The position numbers and the translations under genes were made by a program. A model generated the notes under the pieces. That model saw nothing but the letters and a program-made list of their open reading frames with translations. It had not been told where the DNA came from and did no database searches. A stretch of 32,456 nt of DNA from the NCBI GenBank assembly GCA_036509625.1, contig DATCFH010000170.1, positions 1 to 32,456 of the forward strand, in the 5' to 3' direction. Origin of the DNA: Verrucomicrobiia bacterium (GTDB lineage: Bacteria; Verrucomicrobiota; Verrucomicrobiia; Limisphaerales; UBA11358). Shown here in pieces: positions 10,801 through 23,832 of the stretch (positions within the stretch are counted from its first letter, which is position 1; every line of letters starts with the position of its first letter).

Positions 10801-12007
10801 TCTTCGCGCTACGAACGGTGTGAACGTAGCCGAGCTCTTTCAAGCGGCGGATGATAAATGGCTCGAACAAAACGAGCGCCATCTTTTTCGGCAGACCGCA
10901 TTGGTTCAATTTCAATTCCGGTCCGATCACGATGACGGAACGGCCTGAATAGTCCACGCGCTTACCGAGCAAGTTCTGACGGAAACGGCCACCTTTGCCC
11001 TTGAGCATGTCGCTCAAAGATTTCAGCGAACGATTTCCTGCGCCAGTCACTGGACGGCCATGACGACCGTTGTCGAACAACGCGTCCACGGCTTCCTGCA
11101 ACATGCGTTTTTCGTTGCGGATAATTACTTCCGGCGTTTTCAACTGGAGCAACGTGCGGAGACGATTATTCCGGTTGATGACGCGGCGATACAGATCGTT
11201 CAAGTCAGATGTCGCAAAACGTCCGCCTTCGAGCGGAACCAGCGGACGCAAGTCCGGCGGAATCACCGGAAGCACCGTAAGAATCATCCATTCCGGACGG
11301 CTCTTCGACGACGCGAGACCTTGCAATAGCTTGATGCGCTTCGCCAATTTTTTGCGGATCTGTTTACTCTTCGTTTCCGTCATCGCGACGGCGAGTTCAT
11401 CCGCCTGCTTGGCGAGATCAACGCGTTCCAACGCTTCGCGCACACCTTCCGCACCCATCTTGGCGACGAACGCTTCCGCGCCGTAAGTTTCACGCGCTTC
11501 ACGAAGTTCAACTTCCGTGAGCAATGAATTTGCCTTGAGCGGCGTCGTGCCCGGATCAACAACGAGATAATCTTCGTAATAGATGACACGTTCCAAATGG
11601 CGCGCGGTCATGTCGAGCGCCAGCCCGATGCGCGACGGCATGCACTTGAAGAACCAGATGTGCTGCACCGGCACGGCGAGTTCGATGTGGCCCATGCGTT
11701 CGCGACGAACGCGGGACAAGGTCACTTCGACGCCGCAACGGTCGCAAACGATGCCGCGATGTTTGATGCGTTTATACTTGCCGCAGGAACATTCCCAGTC
11801 CTTGACGGGACCGAAAATGCGTTCGCAGAAAAGGCCGCCCTTTTCCGGTTTGAACGTGCGGTAGTTGATCGTTTCTGGATTCTTGACTTCGCCTTTGCTC
11901 CACGAGCGGATGGCTTCGGGCGACGCAAGCGTGATGCCGACATAGTCAACTTGGTTGACTTTTTCGAGGCCGAGAATCTCGCGGGCGTTTTCTTTGGAAC
12001 TGGTCAT
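7865..12007 (-). CDS. rpoC: DNA-directed RNA polymerase subunit beta'
   Basis: 1380 aa. Zn-binding CSCGKY...CDRCGV, catalytic [13 protein letters not shown], typical trigger-loop/bridge-helix regions. It sits 26 nt downstream of rpoB. Confidence 0.98.
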   Translation of the reverse strand: MTSSKENAREILGLEKVNQVDYVGITLASPEAIRSWSKGEVKNPETINYRTFKPEKGGLFCERIFGPVKDWECSCGKYKRIKHRGIVCDRCGVEVTLSRVRRERMGHIELAVPVQHIWFFKCMPSRIGLALDMTARHLERVIYYEDYLVVDPGTTPLKANSLLTEVELREARETYGAEAFVAKMGAEGVREALERVDLAKQADELAVAMTETKSKQIRKKLAKRIKLLQGLASSKSRPEWMILTVLPVIPPDLRPLVPLEGGRFATSDLNDLYRRVINRNNRLRTLLQLKTPEVIIRNEKRMLQEAVDALFDNGRHGRPVTGAGNRSLKSLSDMLKGKGGRFRQNLLGKRVDYSGRSVIVIGPELKLNQCGLPKKMALVLFEPFIIRRLKELGYVHTVRSAKKMIERQTKEVWDVLEEVTKGHPVLLNRAPTLHRLSVQAFEPMLIEGEAIRIHPLVCTAYNADFDGDQMAVHVPLSVEAQLEARLLMMATNNIFSPSSGKPIITPTQDITLGCYYVTAEPRKAAPADSSDLPLFGSKEEVIYAYSDDGVKTHDRIRLANPDLGKKTAFGNSEKKIIDTTVGRVLFSEIWPTELGFHNKPVKKSDLGDLIWKCYKFAGHDKTVVMLDKLKEIGFREATKSGVSIGIDDMIVPKERDEEIRAAHGQIKEVEKQYRKGVITSGERYNKIVDVWTHCTDKISSVMFDTLKKNQDKDEYNPVYLMVDSGARGNKQQVRQLAGLRGLMAKPSGEIIEKPILANFREGLSVLEYFISTHGARKGLADTALKTADSGYMTRKLVDVSQDVIIQEADCGTTNGIWVSAVFEGEDEVVKISDRLVGRFACDDIVNPTSPKEFLIRANEEIDETKAKGIDVAGLDRVRIRSVLTCESKHGICRHCYGRNLATGSLVKLGEAVGIIAAQSIGEPGTQLTMRTFHTGGVAAGVFKQPQIKSKNDGVIKYTDLRSVELEDGNNIVLNKNGSIQILAPDGRELENHTIVIGAVISVKDGAKVKKGDTFVQWDPHNVPILSEKAGKVKFHDIIEGVTMKQEVDEATGEESMVIIDHKEDLHPQIIMSDEKGEVVANYPIPSGAHVVVSEADKIVPGTLIAKTPRKQAKTRDITGGLPRVAELFEARRPKDASEISKIDGIADFGPSVRGKRCVLIKDVVTGLEEEHLIPIGKHVIVFKGDLVKKGQQLTEGPMDPHEILDVCGPQELQEHLVSEVQEVYRLQGVTINDKHIEIIVRQMLRKIRVTETGDTQFLWGEQVDKLEFEAENEAVEKKGGKPAEAVPVLLGITKASLETDSFLSAASFQDTTRVLTEAATRSKIDSLRGFKENVIMGHIIPAGTGFDMHRKITLKPLVELPEEPEPEEVEATETENPLLA

Positions 12008-12033
12008 ACGATTTTATTTCAGCAAAGTTTCAG

Positions 12034-15936
<3,903 letters not shown>

Positions 15937-16085
15937 TTTATATTTTCTGTTAGGCGCGGCACACGCCGCACCGATTTTCACTTAACGACACAAGGCAAGC
16001 CCGTCGTCTTAAACGACCAGCTTGCCAACCGGCAACCGAATTGTTCTACCAAACTAAAATTGTCAATGTGTCCCGCCTTTTGCGG

Positions 16086-16120
16086 GGATAAAATAGGGCG
16101 ACGGCTATTTGCCGCCGCCC
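16086..16120 (-). terminator. rplL-rpoB intergenic attenuator/terminator hairpin
   Basis: Minus-strand GGGCGGCGGC-aaata-GCCGTCGCCC (16120..16096, one G:U) followed by TATTTTAT, starting 14 nt after the rplL stop. Its position matches the classical rplL-rpoB attenuator. Confidence 0.55.
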
Positions 16121-16134
16121 CGAAACCGGTCAAC

Positions 16135-16518
16135 TTACTTGATTTCGACTTTCGCGCCCGCTTCTTCGAGCTTCTTCTTGGCGGCGTCGGAATCAGCTTT
16201 GTTCGCACCTTCGAGCAAAGTTTTCGGCGCGCCTTCGACCAAAGCTTTCGCTTCGGCGAGACCCAAACCGGCCTTCACTTCACGGACGGCTTTGATGACG
16301 GAAATCTTCTTGTCGGCCGGAACCGAGGCGAGGATCACGTCAAACGTGGTCTGTGCTTCCGCCGGAGCAGCCGCAGCGGCAGCGCCACCACCAGCCGCAA
16401 CCGCGACGGACGCGGCAGCGGAAACGCCCCACTTGGTTTCCAGTTGTTTCACGAGGTCAGCGGCTTCGATAACCGTCAACTTGCTTAATTCTTCTACGAT
16501 GTTTGCGAGGTCTGCCAT
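16135..16518 (-). CDS. rplL: 50S ribosomal protein L7/L12
   Basis: 127 aa. [32 protein letters not shown], an Ala-rich hinge, and a C-terminal domain ending EAGAKVEIK. Confidence 0.97.
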   Translation of the reverse strand: MADLANIVEELSKLTVIEAADLVKQLETKWGVSAAASVAVAAGGGAAAAAAPAEAQTTFDVILASVPADKKISVIKAVREVKAGLGLAEAKALVEGAPKTLLEGANKADSDAAKKKLEEAGAKVEIK

Positions 16519-16663
16519 AATTTTACTTTTGCTTTCTATGTTCGTCTCGTCGTCTGCCAGTGCCCCGGCAATTTTCAGTTCACGGCCTGCGAACCGACGA
16601 TTTACGTTATTGTTTGTTGTTGGTTTTTCCGATTTGAAATTTCAAATTCCAAATCAAAATTGT

Positions 16664-17152
16664 TTAAGCCGGTTGTTCGACTTTTTCCGCCTTGGCCTTG
16701 ATGACCGCCGCGATTTGCGTTCCGGGCGTGTTGAACAGCCCGAGCAATTTCGCCCGCAGCACTTCGAGGCTCGGCAAATCGGCATACGCCATGAGCGTGG
16801 CCGGTTCGACGCGCTTGTTATCCAAAAAGCCGAACTTGAGTTTCAGCTTGTCGAATTCCGCCGCGAAATTTTTCAGCGCCTTCGCGGCGACGAAAATATC
16901 CTTCTTGCCGGTCACGACCGCCATTTGTCCGGCAAGGCTGCCGTTCAATTCGCCGATGCCCGCTTCTTTCGCAGCCACGTTAAACACGGTGTTTTTCACA
17001 ACGTGAATTTCCGCGCCCGCAAGCGTCAGACGTTTACGCAACTCGGAGAGGTGCGCGACCTTCAAACCTTGATAGCCAACGACGATAAAAAACGGCGAGG
17101 CGTTCAACCGGGCGACATATTCACCCGTCAATAATTTCTTTTCAGCACGCAT
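16664..17152 (-). CDS. rplJ: 50S ribosomal protein L10
   Basis: 162 aa and located between rplA and rplL. The N-terminal region ...FFIVVGYQGLKVAHLSELRKRL is typical of L10. Confidence 0.93.
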   Translation of the reverse strand: MRAEKKLLTGEYVARLNASPFFIVVGYQGLKVAHLSELRKRLTLAGAEIHVVKNTVFNVAAKEAGIGELNGSLAGQMAVVTGKKDIFVAAKALKNFAAEFDKLKLKFGFLDNKRVEPATLMAYADLPSLEVLRAKLLGLFNTPGTQIAAVIKAKAEKVEQPA

Positions 17153-17166
17153 GGTAAAATCCTTTT

Positions 17167-17859
17167 TTAGTTGGCGACAAATTCACGGATGTCAACACGC
17201 ACGGGCGGACTCATCGTCGCCGAGAGCGTGCATGAATTGATGTAAGTTCCCTTGACGCTGTTCGGGCGCGCTTTCGCAACGGCCTCAATCACGGCGCGGG
17301 CATTTTCTTCGATGTGTTCGGCACTAAACGAAGCCTTGCCCACGATGACGTGAACATTCGCAGCCTTGTCCACCTTGAACTCGACGCGGCCGGCTTTCAC
17401 TTCGCGCACAGCCTTCGCCGTGTCTTCGGTGACCGTGCCGGTTTTCGGATTCGGCATGAGACCGCGCGGCCCGAGAACTTTGCCGAGCTTACGAACTTCG
17501 ATCATCGCTTCGGGCGTCGCAATCGCGACATCAAAATCATTCCAACCGCCATTGCACTTGGCGATCATGTCTTCAAAGCCAACGTTTTCCGCGCCCGCAG
17601 CTTTCGCCGCGTCCGCCGCGTTGCCGCGAGCGAAAACGAGCACGCGCACCGTCTTGCCGCTGCCGTGGGGCAACGGAACCGTGCCGCGAACCATCTGGTC
17701 AGACTGCTTCGGGTCAACGCCGAGGCGGAACGCGAGGTCAATGGTTTCGTTAAATTTGGCCTTGGGGAATTTGGCGAGCACGCCAACCGCGTCTTTGAGT
17801 GCGTAGGCTTTTTTGCCGTCCACGACTTCAAGCGCCTTTTTATATCTTTTGCTGGGCAT
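17167..17859 (-). CDS. rplA: 50S ribosomal protein L1
   Basis: 230 aa. ...FNETIDLAFRLGVDPKQSDQMVRGTVPLPHGSGKTVRVLVFA is the canonical L1 core. Confidence 0.97.
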   Translation of the reverse strand: MPSKRYKKALEVVDGKKAYALKDAVGVLAKFPKAKFNETIDLAFRLGVDPKQSDQMVRGTVPLPHGSGKTVRVLVFARGNAADAAKAAGAENVGFEDMIAKCNGGWNDFDVAIATPEAMIEVRKLGKVLGPRGLMPNPKTGTVTEDTAKAVREVKAGRVEFKVDKAANVHVIVGKASFSAEHIEENARAVIEAVAKARPNSVKGTYINSCTLSATMSPPVRVDIREFVAN

Positions 17860-17913
17860 TTGTATTTGTGCGGTGCATGCGAGCTTTTGGCTCTCCCGCG
17901 ATTGTGTTTTTAA

Positions 17914-18339
17914 TTAACCGACAACTTCAATTCCCATGCTGCGCGCCGTGCCTGAAATCAGGCGAACCGCCGCTTCTTCCGAGTTGGCATGGAGATCTTT
18001 GGATTTCATTTTGATGATGTCCAAAATTTGTTTGCGCGTGACCTTGCCGACTTTGTCCTTGTTCGGCGTCTTGGAGCCAGCGGTGATGCCGGCGGCTTTT
18101 TTGAGCAGCACGGACGCGGGCGGCGACTTGGTGATAAACGTGAACGACTTGTCCTGATACACCGTGATGACCACGGGGATAATCAGGCCGGCGTCATTTT
18201 TGGTCGCGGCGTTAAATTCTTTGCAGAAACCCATGATGTTCACGCCGTGCTGACCGAGTGCGGGGCCGACGGGCGGCGCGGGATTGGCCTGACCGGCCGG
18301 AATCTGCAACTTGATTTGTCCTGTAATTTTCTTTGCCAT
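17914..18339 (-). CDS. rplK: 50S ribosomal protein L11
   Basis: 141 aa. [44 protein letters not shown] is the canonical L11 N-terminus. Confidence 0.97.
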   Translation of the reverse strand: MAKKITGQIKLQIPAGQANPAPPVGPALGQHGVNIMGFCKEFNAATKNDAGLIIPVVITVYQDKSFTFITKSPPASVLLKKAAGITAGSKTPNKDKVGKVTRKQILDIIKMKSKDLHANSEEAAVRLISGTARSMGIEVVG

Positions 18340-18356
18340 AAAATTCTAAAATCTAA

Positions 18357-18902
18357 TTAAGCTTTCTCGACTTGCCAGTATTCCAATTCCACCGGCGTAT
18401 TGCGTCCAAAAATGTTTACCGTAACTTTCAGCTTGCCGCGTTCGGGATCGATCTCTTCAATCACGCCGCTGAAATTCAAGAACGGCCCGTTGTTAATTTT
18501 GACCGTTTCGCCGACCGCAAAATTGACCTTCGGTTTTTCCGTTTCTTCCGACGCAGAAATTTGCACCTTGATGGCGTCCACTTCTTCGGTCGGCGTCGGT
18601 TGCGGCGGATCGCTCAAGAAACCGATGACACCCTGCGTTTCCCTGATGAAATACCACGGCTTCTCGATGATGCGATGTTCGTCATCGAGCAACACCATTT
18701 CCACAAAAACATAACCTGGCCACAACTTGCGGTTGGACACGGTTTTTTTCTGGTTGCGAACTTCGACGACTTTTTCGATCGGCACCATGACTTCTTTGAT
18801 GAAGTCCTGCATTTCCTCGGTCTTGACGCGTTTTTCAATGCTGTCTTTGACCTTGTTTTCCTGGCCGGAAAGCGTCTGGATGATGAACCACTGGTTGCGC
18901 AT
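18357..18902 (-). CDS. nusG: transcription termination/antitermination factor NusG
   Basis: 181 aa. NGN domain (WFIIQTLSGQENKVK) and C-terminal KOW (GETVKINNGPFLNFSGVIEEID). Conserved secE-nusG-rplK position. Confidence 0.95.
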   Translation of the reverse strand: MRNQWFIIQTLSGQENKVKDSIEKRVKTEEMQDFIKEVMVPIEKVVEVRNQKKTVSNRKLWPGYVFVEMVLLDDEHRIIEKPWYFIRETQGVIGFLSDPPQPTPTEEVDAIKVQISASEETEKPKVNFAVGETVKINNGPFLNFSGVIEEIDPERGKLKVTVNIFGRNTPVELEYWQVEKA

Positions 18903-18914
18903 GAAATTATAAAA

Positions 18915-19271
18915 TTATTGACGCTTGGATTGGAGAATGAGCCACCCGACATAGCCGGCCACCATTATACCGAACATTGCAAATAAATTGAATGCTGCAC
19001 GGCCAAGAATGTAATCGATCACCATAACGTATGCACCGAGCAGCGCGACCATGATGATAATAAGCGCAGTCGAACCCTTCAATTCACCCCAGCTCGGCCA
19101 CGCGCATTTTTTAAGTTCCTCGCGCGTTTCCGCAACATAGGTCGCCAAGCGCTGAACCTGCCCTTGCCACCATAGGTAGCCGAACACGGCGCCAATGACT
19201 GCTGCCCAAATTAAAATTGTTGTCCAATTATTCACAAAATTTATCTGCTTGGCGAGCCGCAGCCCGCGCAT
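18915..19271 (-). CDS. secE: preprotein translocase subunit SecE (three predicted TM segments)
   Basis: Conserved SecE core ETREELKKCAWPSWGELKGSTALIIIMVALLGAYVMVIDYIL, located immediately upstream of nusG. There are extra hydrophobic segments N-terminal (WTTILIWAAVIGAVFGYLWW) and C-terminal (FNLFAMFGIMVAGYVGWLIL). The start codon choice is uncertain. Confidence 0.8.
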   Translation of the reverse strand: MRGLRLAKQINFVNNWTTILIWAAVIGAVFGYLWWQGQVQRLATYVAETREELKKCAWPSWGELKGSTALIIIMVALLGAYVMVIDYILGRAAFNLFAMFGIMVAGYVGWLILQSKRQ

Positions 19272-19296
19272 TTCATTTTTCCTTCACCGCCAAAAT

Positions 19297-19386
19297 TGGC
19301 GGAGAGGGAGGGATTCGAACCCCCGTTAGGCTTTCGCCTAAAGCGGTTTTCAAGACCGCCGCGATAGACCACTCTGCCACCTCTCC
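19297..19386 (-). tRNA. tRNA-Ser (anticodon UGA), class II with long variable arm
   Basis: Reverse complement: GGAGAGG-TG-GCAGAGTGGTCTATCGC-G-GCGGT-CTTGAAA-ACCGC-TTTAGGCGAAAGCCTAAC-GGGGG-TTCGAAT-CCCTC-CCTCTCC-G-CCA. It has a 7-bp acceptor stem, a 5-bp anticodon stem, a TPsiC loop TTCGAAT and an encoded CCA. The D-stem has one A:C mismatch. Confidence 0.85.
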
Positions 19387-19399
19387 AACTTTAGCAGAC

Positions 19400-19475
19400 T
19401 GGCACGGCAGGCAGGACTTGAACCTGCAACCAATGGTTTTGGAGACCACTACTCTACCAATTGAGCTACTGCCGT
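19400..19475 (-). tRNA. tRNA-Trp (anticodon CCA)
   Basis: Reverse complement: ACGGCAG-TA-GCTC-AATTGGTA-GAGT-A-GTGGT-CTCCAAA-ACCAT-TGGTT-GCAGG-TTCAAGT-CCTGC-CTGCCGT-G-CCA, 76 nt. It sits in the classical position between tuf and secE. Confidence 0.92.
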
Positions 19476-19504
19476 AACCGTCCAAAACACCGCCGAATCT
19501 TCGG

Positions 19505-19542
19505 ACAAAAAGGGAGCACGGAGGTTCAAACTCCGCGCTCCC
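19505..19542 (-). terminator. rho-independent terminator after tuf
   Basis: Minus-strand GGGAGCGCGGAG-tttgaac-CTCCGTGCTCCC (12-bp stem, one G:U) followed by TTTTTG, about 17 nt after the tuf stop. Confidence 0.75.
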
Positions 19543-19558
19543 GAAACTAAATTCGCAA

Positions 19559-20746
<1,188 letters not shown>

Positions 20747-20783
20747 GTGATTTCGTGTGTTGCTGTTTTCGTTTTTGTTTAAC

Positions 20784-20859
20784 TGGAGCCCAAGATCAGG
20801 ATTGAACTGATGACCTCGTCCTTACCAAGGACGTGCTCTACCAACTGAGCTACTTGGGC
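20784..20859 (-). tRNA. tRNA-Thr (anticodon GGU)
   Basis: Reverse complement: GCCCAAG-TA-GCTC-AGTTGGTA-GAGC-A-CGTCC-TTGGTAA-GGACG-AGGTC-ATCAG-TTCAATC-CTGAT-CTTGGGC-T-CCA, 76 nt. It lies immediately upstream of tuf, as with thrT-tufB. Confidence 0.92.
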
Positions 20860-20898
20860 ATCCAAAAATCTATTGTTCAAGCCCGAATCGTAAAGCGA

Positions 20899-20940
20899 CA
20901 AAAAACCAACCCTCTCAACTTTCTTCCGAAATAGAGAGGG
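20899..20940 (-). terminator. probable rho-independent terminator after the SulP transporter gene
   Basis: Minus-strand CCCTCTC..TTTC-ggaa-GAAA..GAGAGGG (outer 7-bp stem plus inner 4-bp stem) followed by TTGGTTTTTTG, about 70 nt after the stop at 21012. Confidence 0.55.
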
Positions 20941-21011
20941 CTTCGGTTATTGAATTTTACGGCTCTGACTGACGCAAGTTAGGTAACTACAGCCAGGGAG
21001 TCAATAATTTT

Positions 21012-22688
21012 TTAATTTTTCTTTTGGTTGAGCAACTGCCGCGCCCGCGCCAGCGCACTCTTCATGTCGCCACAGACATTCGCCGCGCCAATCTTTTCCA
21101 TAAAACCCGCTCGCATCAAGGCAAATAGCGGTTGCGAATGCGGGCCGCATAAAATTAAATCCTTCCGGTCGCGCCGCAATTTTTCCAGTAAATCTTCCAG
21201 CGCGTCCAAACCCGTCGCGTCCAGCGCCAGCACATCGCGCATCCGCAAAATTAAAACTTCCGGCAATTGTCCCGCGTCGCGCAAGGAAGTTTCCAATTTG
21301 TCCGCCGCGCCAAAAAAGAACGCGCCAAAAACGCGGAACACCATGACGCCTTGCGGAATAATTTTTCCTTCCGTCTGCTGTCCCGGCGAATTGCCCTGCG
21401 TCACTTCCGCGTCCGGCTCCACCTGCGCCGTTTCCGCCATGCGTTTCACCATCAGTGCCGACGCTAAAATCAACGACGCGCCCACCGCCGTCGGCAAATC
21501 CACCATCACCGTCAACGAAAACGCGCATAAAAAAACGACCGCATCGCTCTTCGGCCATTTCGTCAACCGTTTGAACTGATGCCACTCGCCCATCCGCAAT
21601 GACACCACGACCAGCACCGCACTCAACGCCGCCATTGGAATGTGTTTCGCCAGCGGTGCGGCTACTAACAATATCACCAGCAGCGTCAGTGAATGAATGA
21701 TTCCCGCCACCGGCGTTTTGGCGCCGCTGCGAATACTTGTCGCCGTGCGCGCGATCACGCCCGTCGTCGGCATTCCACCAAAAATTCCCACAACAACATT
21801 CGCAATGCCCTGCCCCATCAACTCCTGATTCGAATCATGCCGATCATCAATCATACCGTCCGCCACCACCGCGCACAGCAGCGATTCGATTGCGCCCAAC
21901 ACCGCGACCGTCAACGCCGCTGGCACGAGCGAGCGCCACGCCTCGAACGACAACGACGGCCAATGCGGCAGCGGCAAACCGCGCGGCATTTCACCAAATT
22001 GCGAGAACAAAGTTTGAATGCCCGCTTGCTCGTCCCAATGAAAAAACTTCACCGCGAGCGACGCCAGCACAATGACCGCGATGGAACCCGGCACACGTCG
22101 CCCAAGTTTTTTCGGCCAGAACCAAATTGCCAGCGTCGTCGCCGTCGCCAGCAAAACCGTCGGCCAGTTCGGTTGAAAATTTCCCAGCACCGCGCGCAGC
22201 TTGCCGATGAAATCCGGCGGCAGTTTTTGTGACAACCCAAAGAAGTCCTTTATCTGCGTGCTTAAAATGATGATGGCGATGCCACTCGTAAAACCCGTCA
22301 CCACCGGAAACGGAATGTATTTGATCAGCGTGCCCAACTTGCACGCGCCCAACACAAATAAAATTACGCCCGCCATCAACGCGCAAACCACCAGCGCCTG
22401 CGGCCCGTGCAGCAACACAATCGGCGCGAGCAACGGCACGAACGCGCCCGCCGGCCCGCCGATTTGCACGCGCGAACCGCCGAACAGCGAAACCAAAAGT
22501 CCGCCAATAATCGCCGTAAAAATTCCAATCTCCGGTTTCAGTCCCGACGCAATGGCCAGCGCCATCGCCAGCGGCAACGCGACGATGCCGACAATCAATC
22601 CCGCCGTAAGGTCGGCGGAAAAAGTCTTCGCTGAATAATTTTTCAGCGTGTCAACGAGCTTCGGACGAAAAGCAAAATCAATTTTCAT
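21012..22688 (-). CDS. SulP-family inorganic anion transporter with C-terminal STAS domain
   Basis: 558 aa. N-terminal SulP signature region DLTAGLIVGIVALPLAMALAIASG, many hydrophobic helices, and a C-terminal STAS-like segment (VLILRMRDVLALDATGLDALEDLLEKL). ATG start. Confidence 0.9.
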   Translation of the reverse strand: MKIDFAFRPKLVDTLKNYSAKTFSADLTAGLIVGIVALPLAMALAIASGLKPEIGIFTAIIGGLLVSLFGGSRVQIGGPAGAFVPLLAPIVLLHGPQALVVCALMAGVILFVLGACKLGTLIKYIPFPVVTGFTSGIAIIILSTQIKDFFGLSQKLPPDFIGKLRAVLGNFQPNWPTVLLATATTLAIWFWPKKLGRRVPGSIAVIVLASLAVKFFHWDEQAGIQTLFSQFGEMPRGLPLPHWPSLSFEAWRSLVPAALTVAVLGAIESLLCAVVADGMIDDRHDSNQELMGQGIANVVVGIFGGMPTTGVIARTATSIRSGAKTPVAGIIHSLTLLVILLVAAPLAKHIPMAALSAVLVVVSLRMGEWHQFKRLTKWPKSDAVVFLCAFSLTVMVDLPTAVGASLILASALMVKRMAETAQVEPDAEVTQGNSPGQQTEGKIIPQGVMVFRVFGAFFFGAADKLETSLRDAGQLPEVLILRMRDVLALDATGLDALEDLLEKLRRDRKDLILCGPHSQPLFALMRAGFMEKIGAANVCGDMKSALARARQLLNQKKN

Positions 22689-22752
22689 TTTTCAAAAACC
22701 TATTGGAAAAATTCTCCAAGTTTTGATTTTGCACCGACTCGCTAGAAAGACA

Positions 22753-22783
22753 ATTAAAAATCCTTTGCAGAAATTGCTGCAAA
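22753..22783 (-). terminator. weak candidate terminator after xerC
   Basis: TTTGCAG-caattt-CTGCAAA on the minus strand (22783..22764) followed by GGATTTTTAATT. The stem is short and AT-rich, so support is low. Confidence 0.3.
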
Positions 22784-22857
22784 CTTTTCTATCAATTCGG
22801 TGGGGCGAGCGTCCCCGCGAGCCGCTGAACATTTTATCAATTCGACAATTGAACCCA

Positions 22858-23832
22858 TCACGCCCGCGGGTGCGCCGCATCATAAGCCCGCTTCAATCGT
22901 TCCGTCGTGACGTGCGTATAAACCTGCGTCGTGATGAGATGCGCGTGACCGAGCAGTTCCTGCACGCTCCGCAAATCCGCGCCCGCATCCAGCAGATGCG
23001 TCGCGTAGCTGTGCCGCAATTTGTGCGGCGTCAGACTTGGATCCAGCCCCGCGATGGACAAATAATTTTTCAGCCGCCGCGAAAGTTGCAGCGGCGACAG
23101 CGGCGCACGTTTTTTTGTCTCCGCAAAAAAAATCGGCGACGTCCCGCCCGGCGGCTGTTTGAACGTATTCCAATAATCCTGGATCGCCATCAAAGCCGGC
23201 TTGCCGATCGGCACGAGCCGTTCCTTTTTTCCCTTGCCGCGCACCCGCATGACTTGTTCGCTCCAGTCAACATCATCCACGCGCAAGCCGCACAATTCAC
23301 TCACGCGCAGACCGCACGAATAAACAGTTTCGAGAACCGCCACGTCGCGCAACGCGGCGATTTGAGAAATTGGCCGGCCAACTTTTTTCTCCTTCTGAAT
23401 TTTCAAAAGCTCAAACGGCGCGATGAGCAACGCTTCCATCTGCTGCTTCGTCAAAAATTTCGGCAACCGCTTTTCCGGCTTCGGCAGCGAAAGATTTTTG
23501 ATCGGCGAACTTTCCGCCGCACCATGCCGAATCAAAAATTTGTAAAATGTCCGCAGCGCGGAAAAACGAAGCTGCGTCGCCGCGCGACTTAAATTATTTC
23601 TTCCGAGAAATCTTACGAAGCTGCGAAAATCATCGCGCTGAAGTTTTCCCCAAACCGGCGGCGATTTGCGTTCGCCCAAATGCCAGCGAAAAAACTCTGT
23701 CAACGCCTGTGAATAATTCCTCTGCGTGTAAATGGACGCGCCGCGATCCGTCGCCAAGTGCGTTAGAAATTTTGAAATCCACTGGTCGCGGATTTCCACT
23801 TTTCCATCAGTCGGTTCAGGATTCGATTTCAA
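22858..23832 (-). CDS. xerC: tyrosine site-specific recombinase, XerC/XerD family
   Basis: Catalytic set R (LRVSEL), K (RGKGKKER), HxxR (HKLRHSYATH), H (LLGHAHLITTQ) and Y (VYTHV). The C-terminus YDAAHPRA is XerC-like while THVTTERL is XerD-like, so the C versus D assignment is tentative. The track start at 23832 is TTG; an alternative GTG lies at 23799. Confidence 0.85.
   Translation of the reverse strand: MKSNPEPTDGKVEIRDQWISKFLTHLATDRGASIYTQRNYSQALTEFFRWHLGERKSPPVWGKLQRDDFRSFVRFLGRNNLSRAATQLRFSALRTFYKFLIRHGAAESSPIKNLSLPKPEKRLPKFLTKQQMEALLIAPFELLKIQKEKKVGRPISQIAALRDVAVLETVYSCGLRVSELCGLRVDDVDWSEQVMRVRGKGKKERLVPIGKPALMAIQDYWNTFKQPPGGTSPIFFAETKKRAPLSPLQLSRRLKNYLSIAGLDPSLTPHKLRHSYATHLLDAGADLRSVQELLGHAHLITTQVYTHVTTERLKRAYDAAHPRA

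Noticed and set aside
16061-16066. A perfect minus-strand TTGACA hexamer in the rplL-rpoB spacer as an internal rpoB promoter.
   Set aside because: No acceptable -10 hexamer lies 16-18 nt downstream; the best candidate is CAATTC. A lone -35 match is expected by chance.
22648-23592. 314-aa Arg-rich plus-strand ORF opposite xerC. Analogous shadow ORFs lie at 5161..5805, 6199..7005 and 7132..7758 (opposite M16), 23973..24716 (opposite the ligase), 29700..30431 and 30480..31334 (opposite uvrD), and 21001..21585 (alternative frame in SulP).
   Set aside because: These are antisense or off-frame shadows of genes with clear family motifs. Their composition is typical of non-coding frames and they have no recognisable domains.
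22858-23832. The tyrosine recombinase near tRNA-Thr as the integrase of a tRNA-targeted genomic island.
   Set aside because: The protein has the length and C-terminal signature of chromosomal XerC/XerD. It lies on the 5' side of tRNA-Thr, while the tRNA 3' end faces tuf. Islands insert at the 3' end, no direct repeat of the tRNA 3' end was noticed, and the flanking genes are ordinary metabolic or transport genes.
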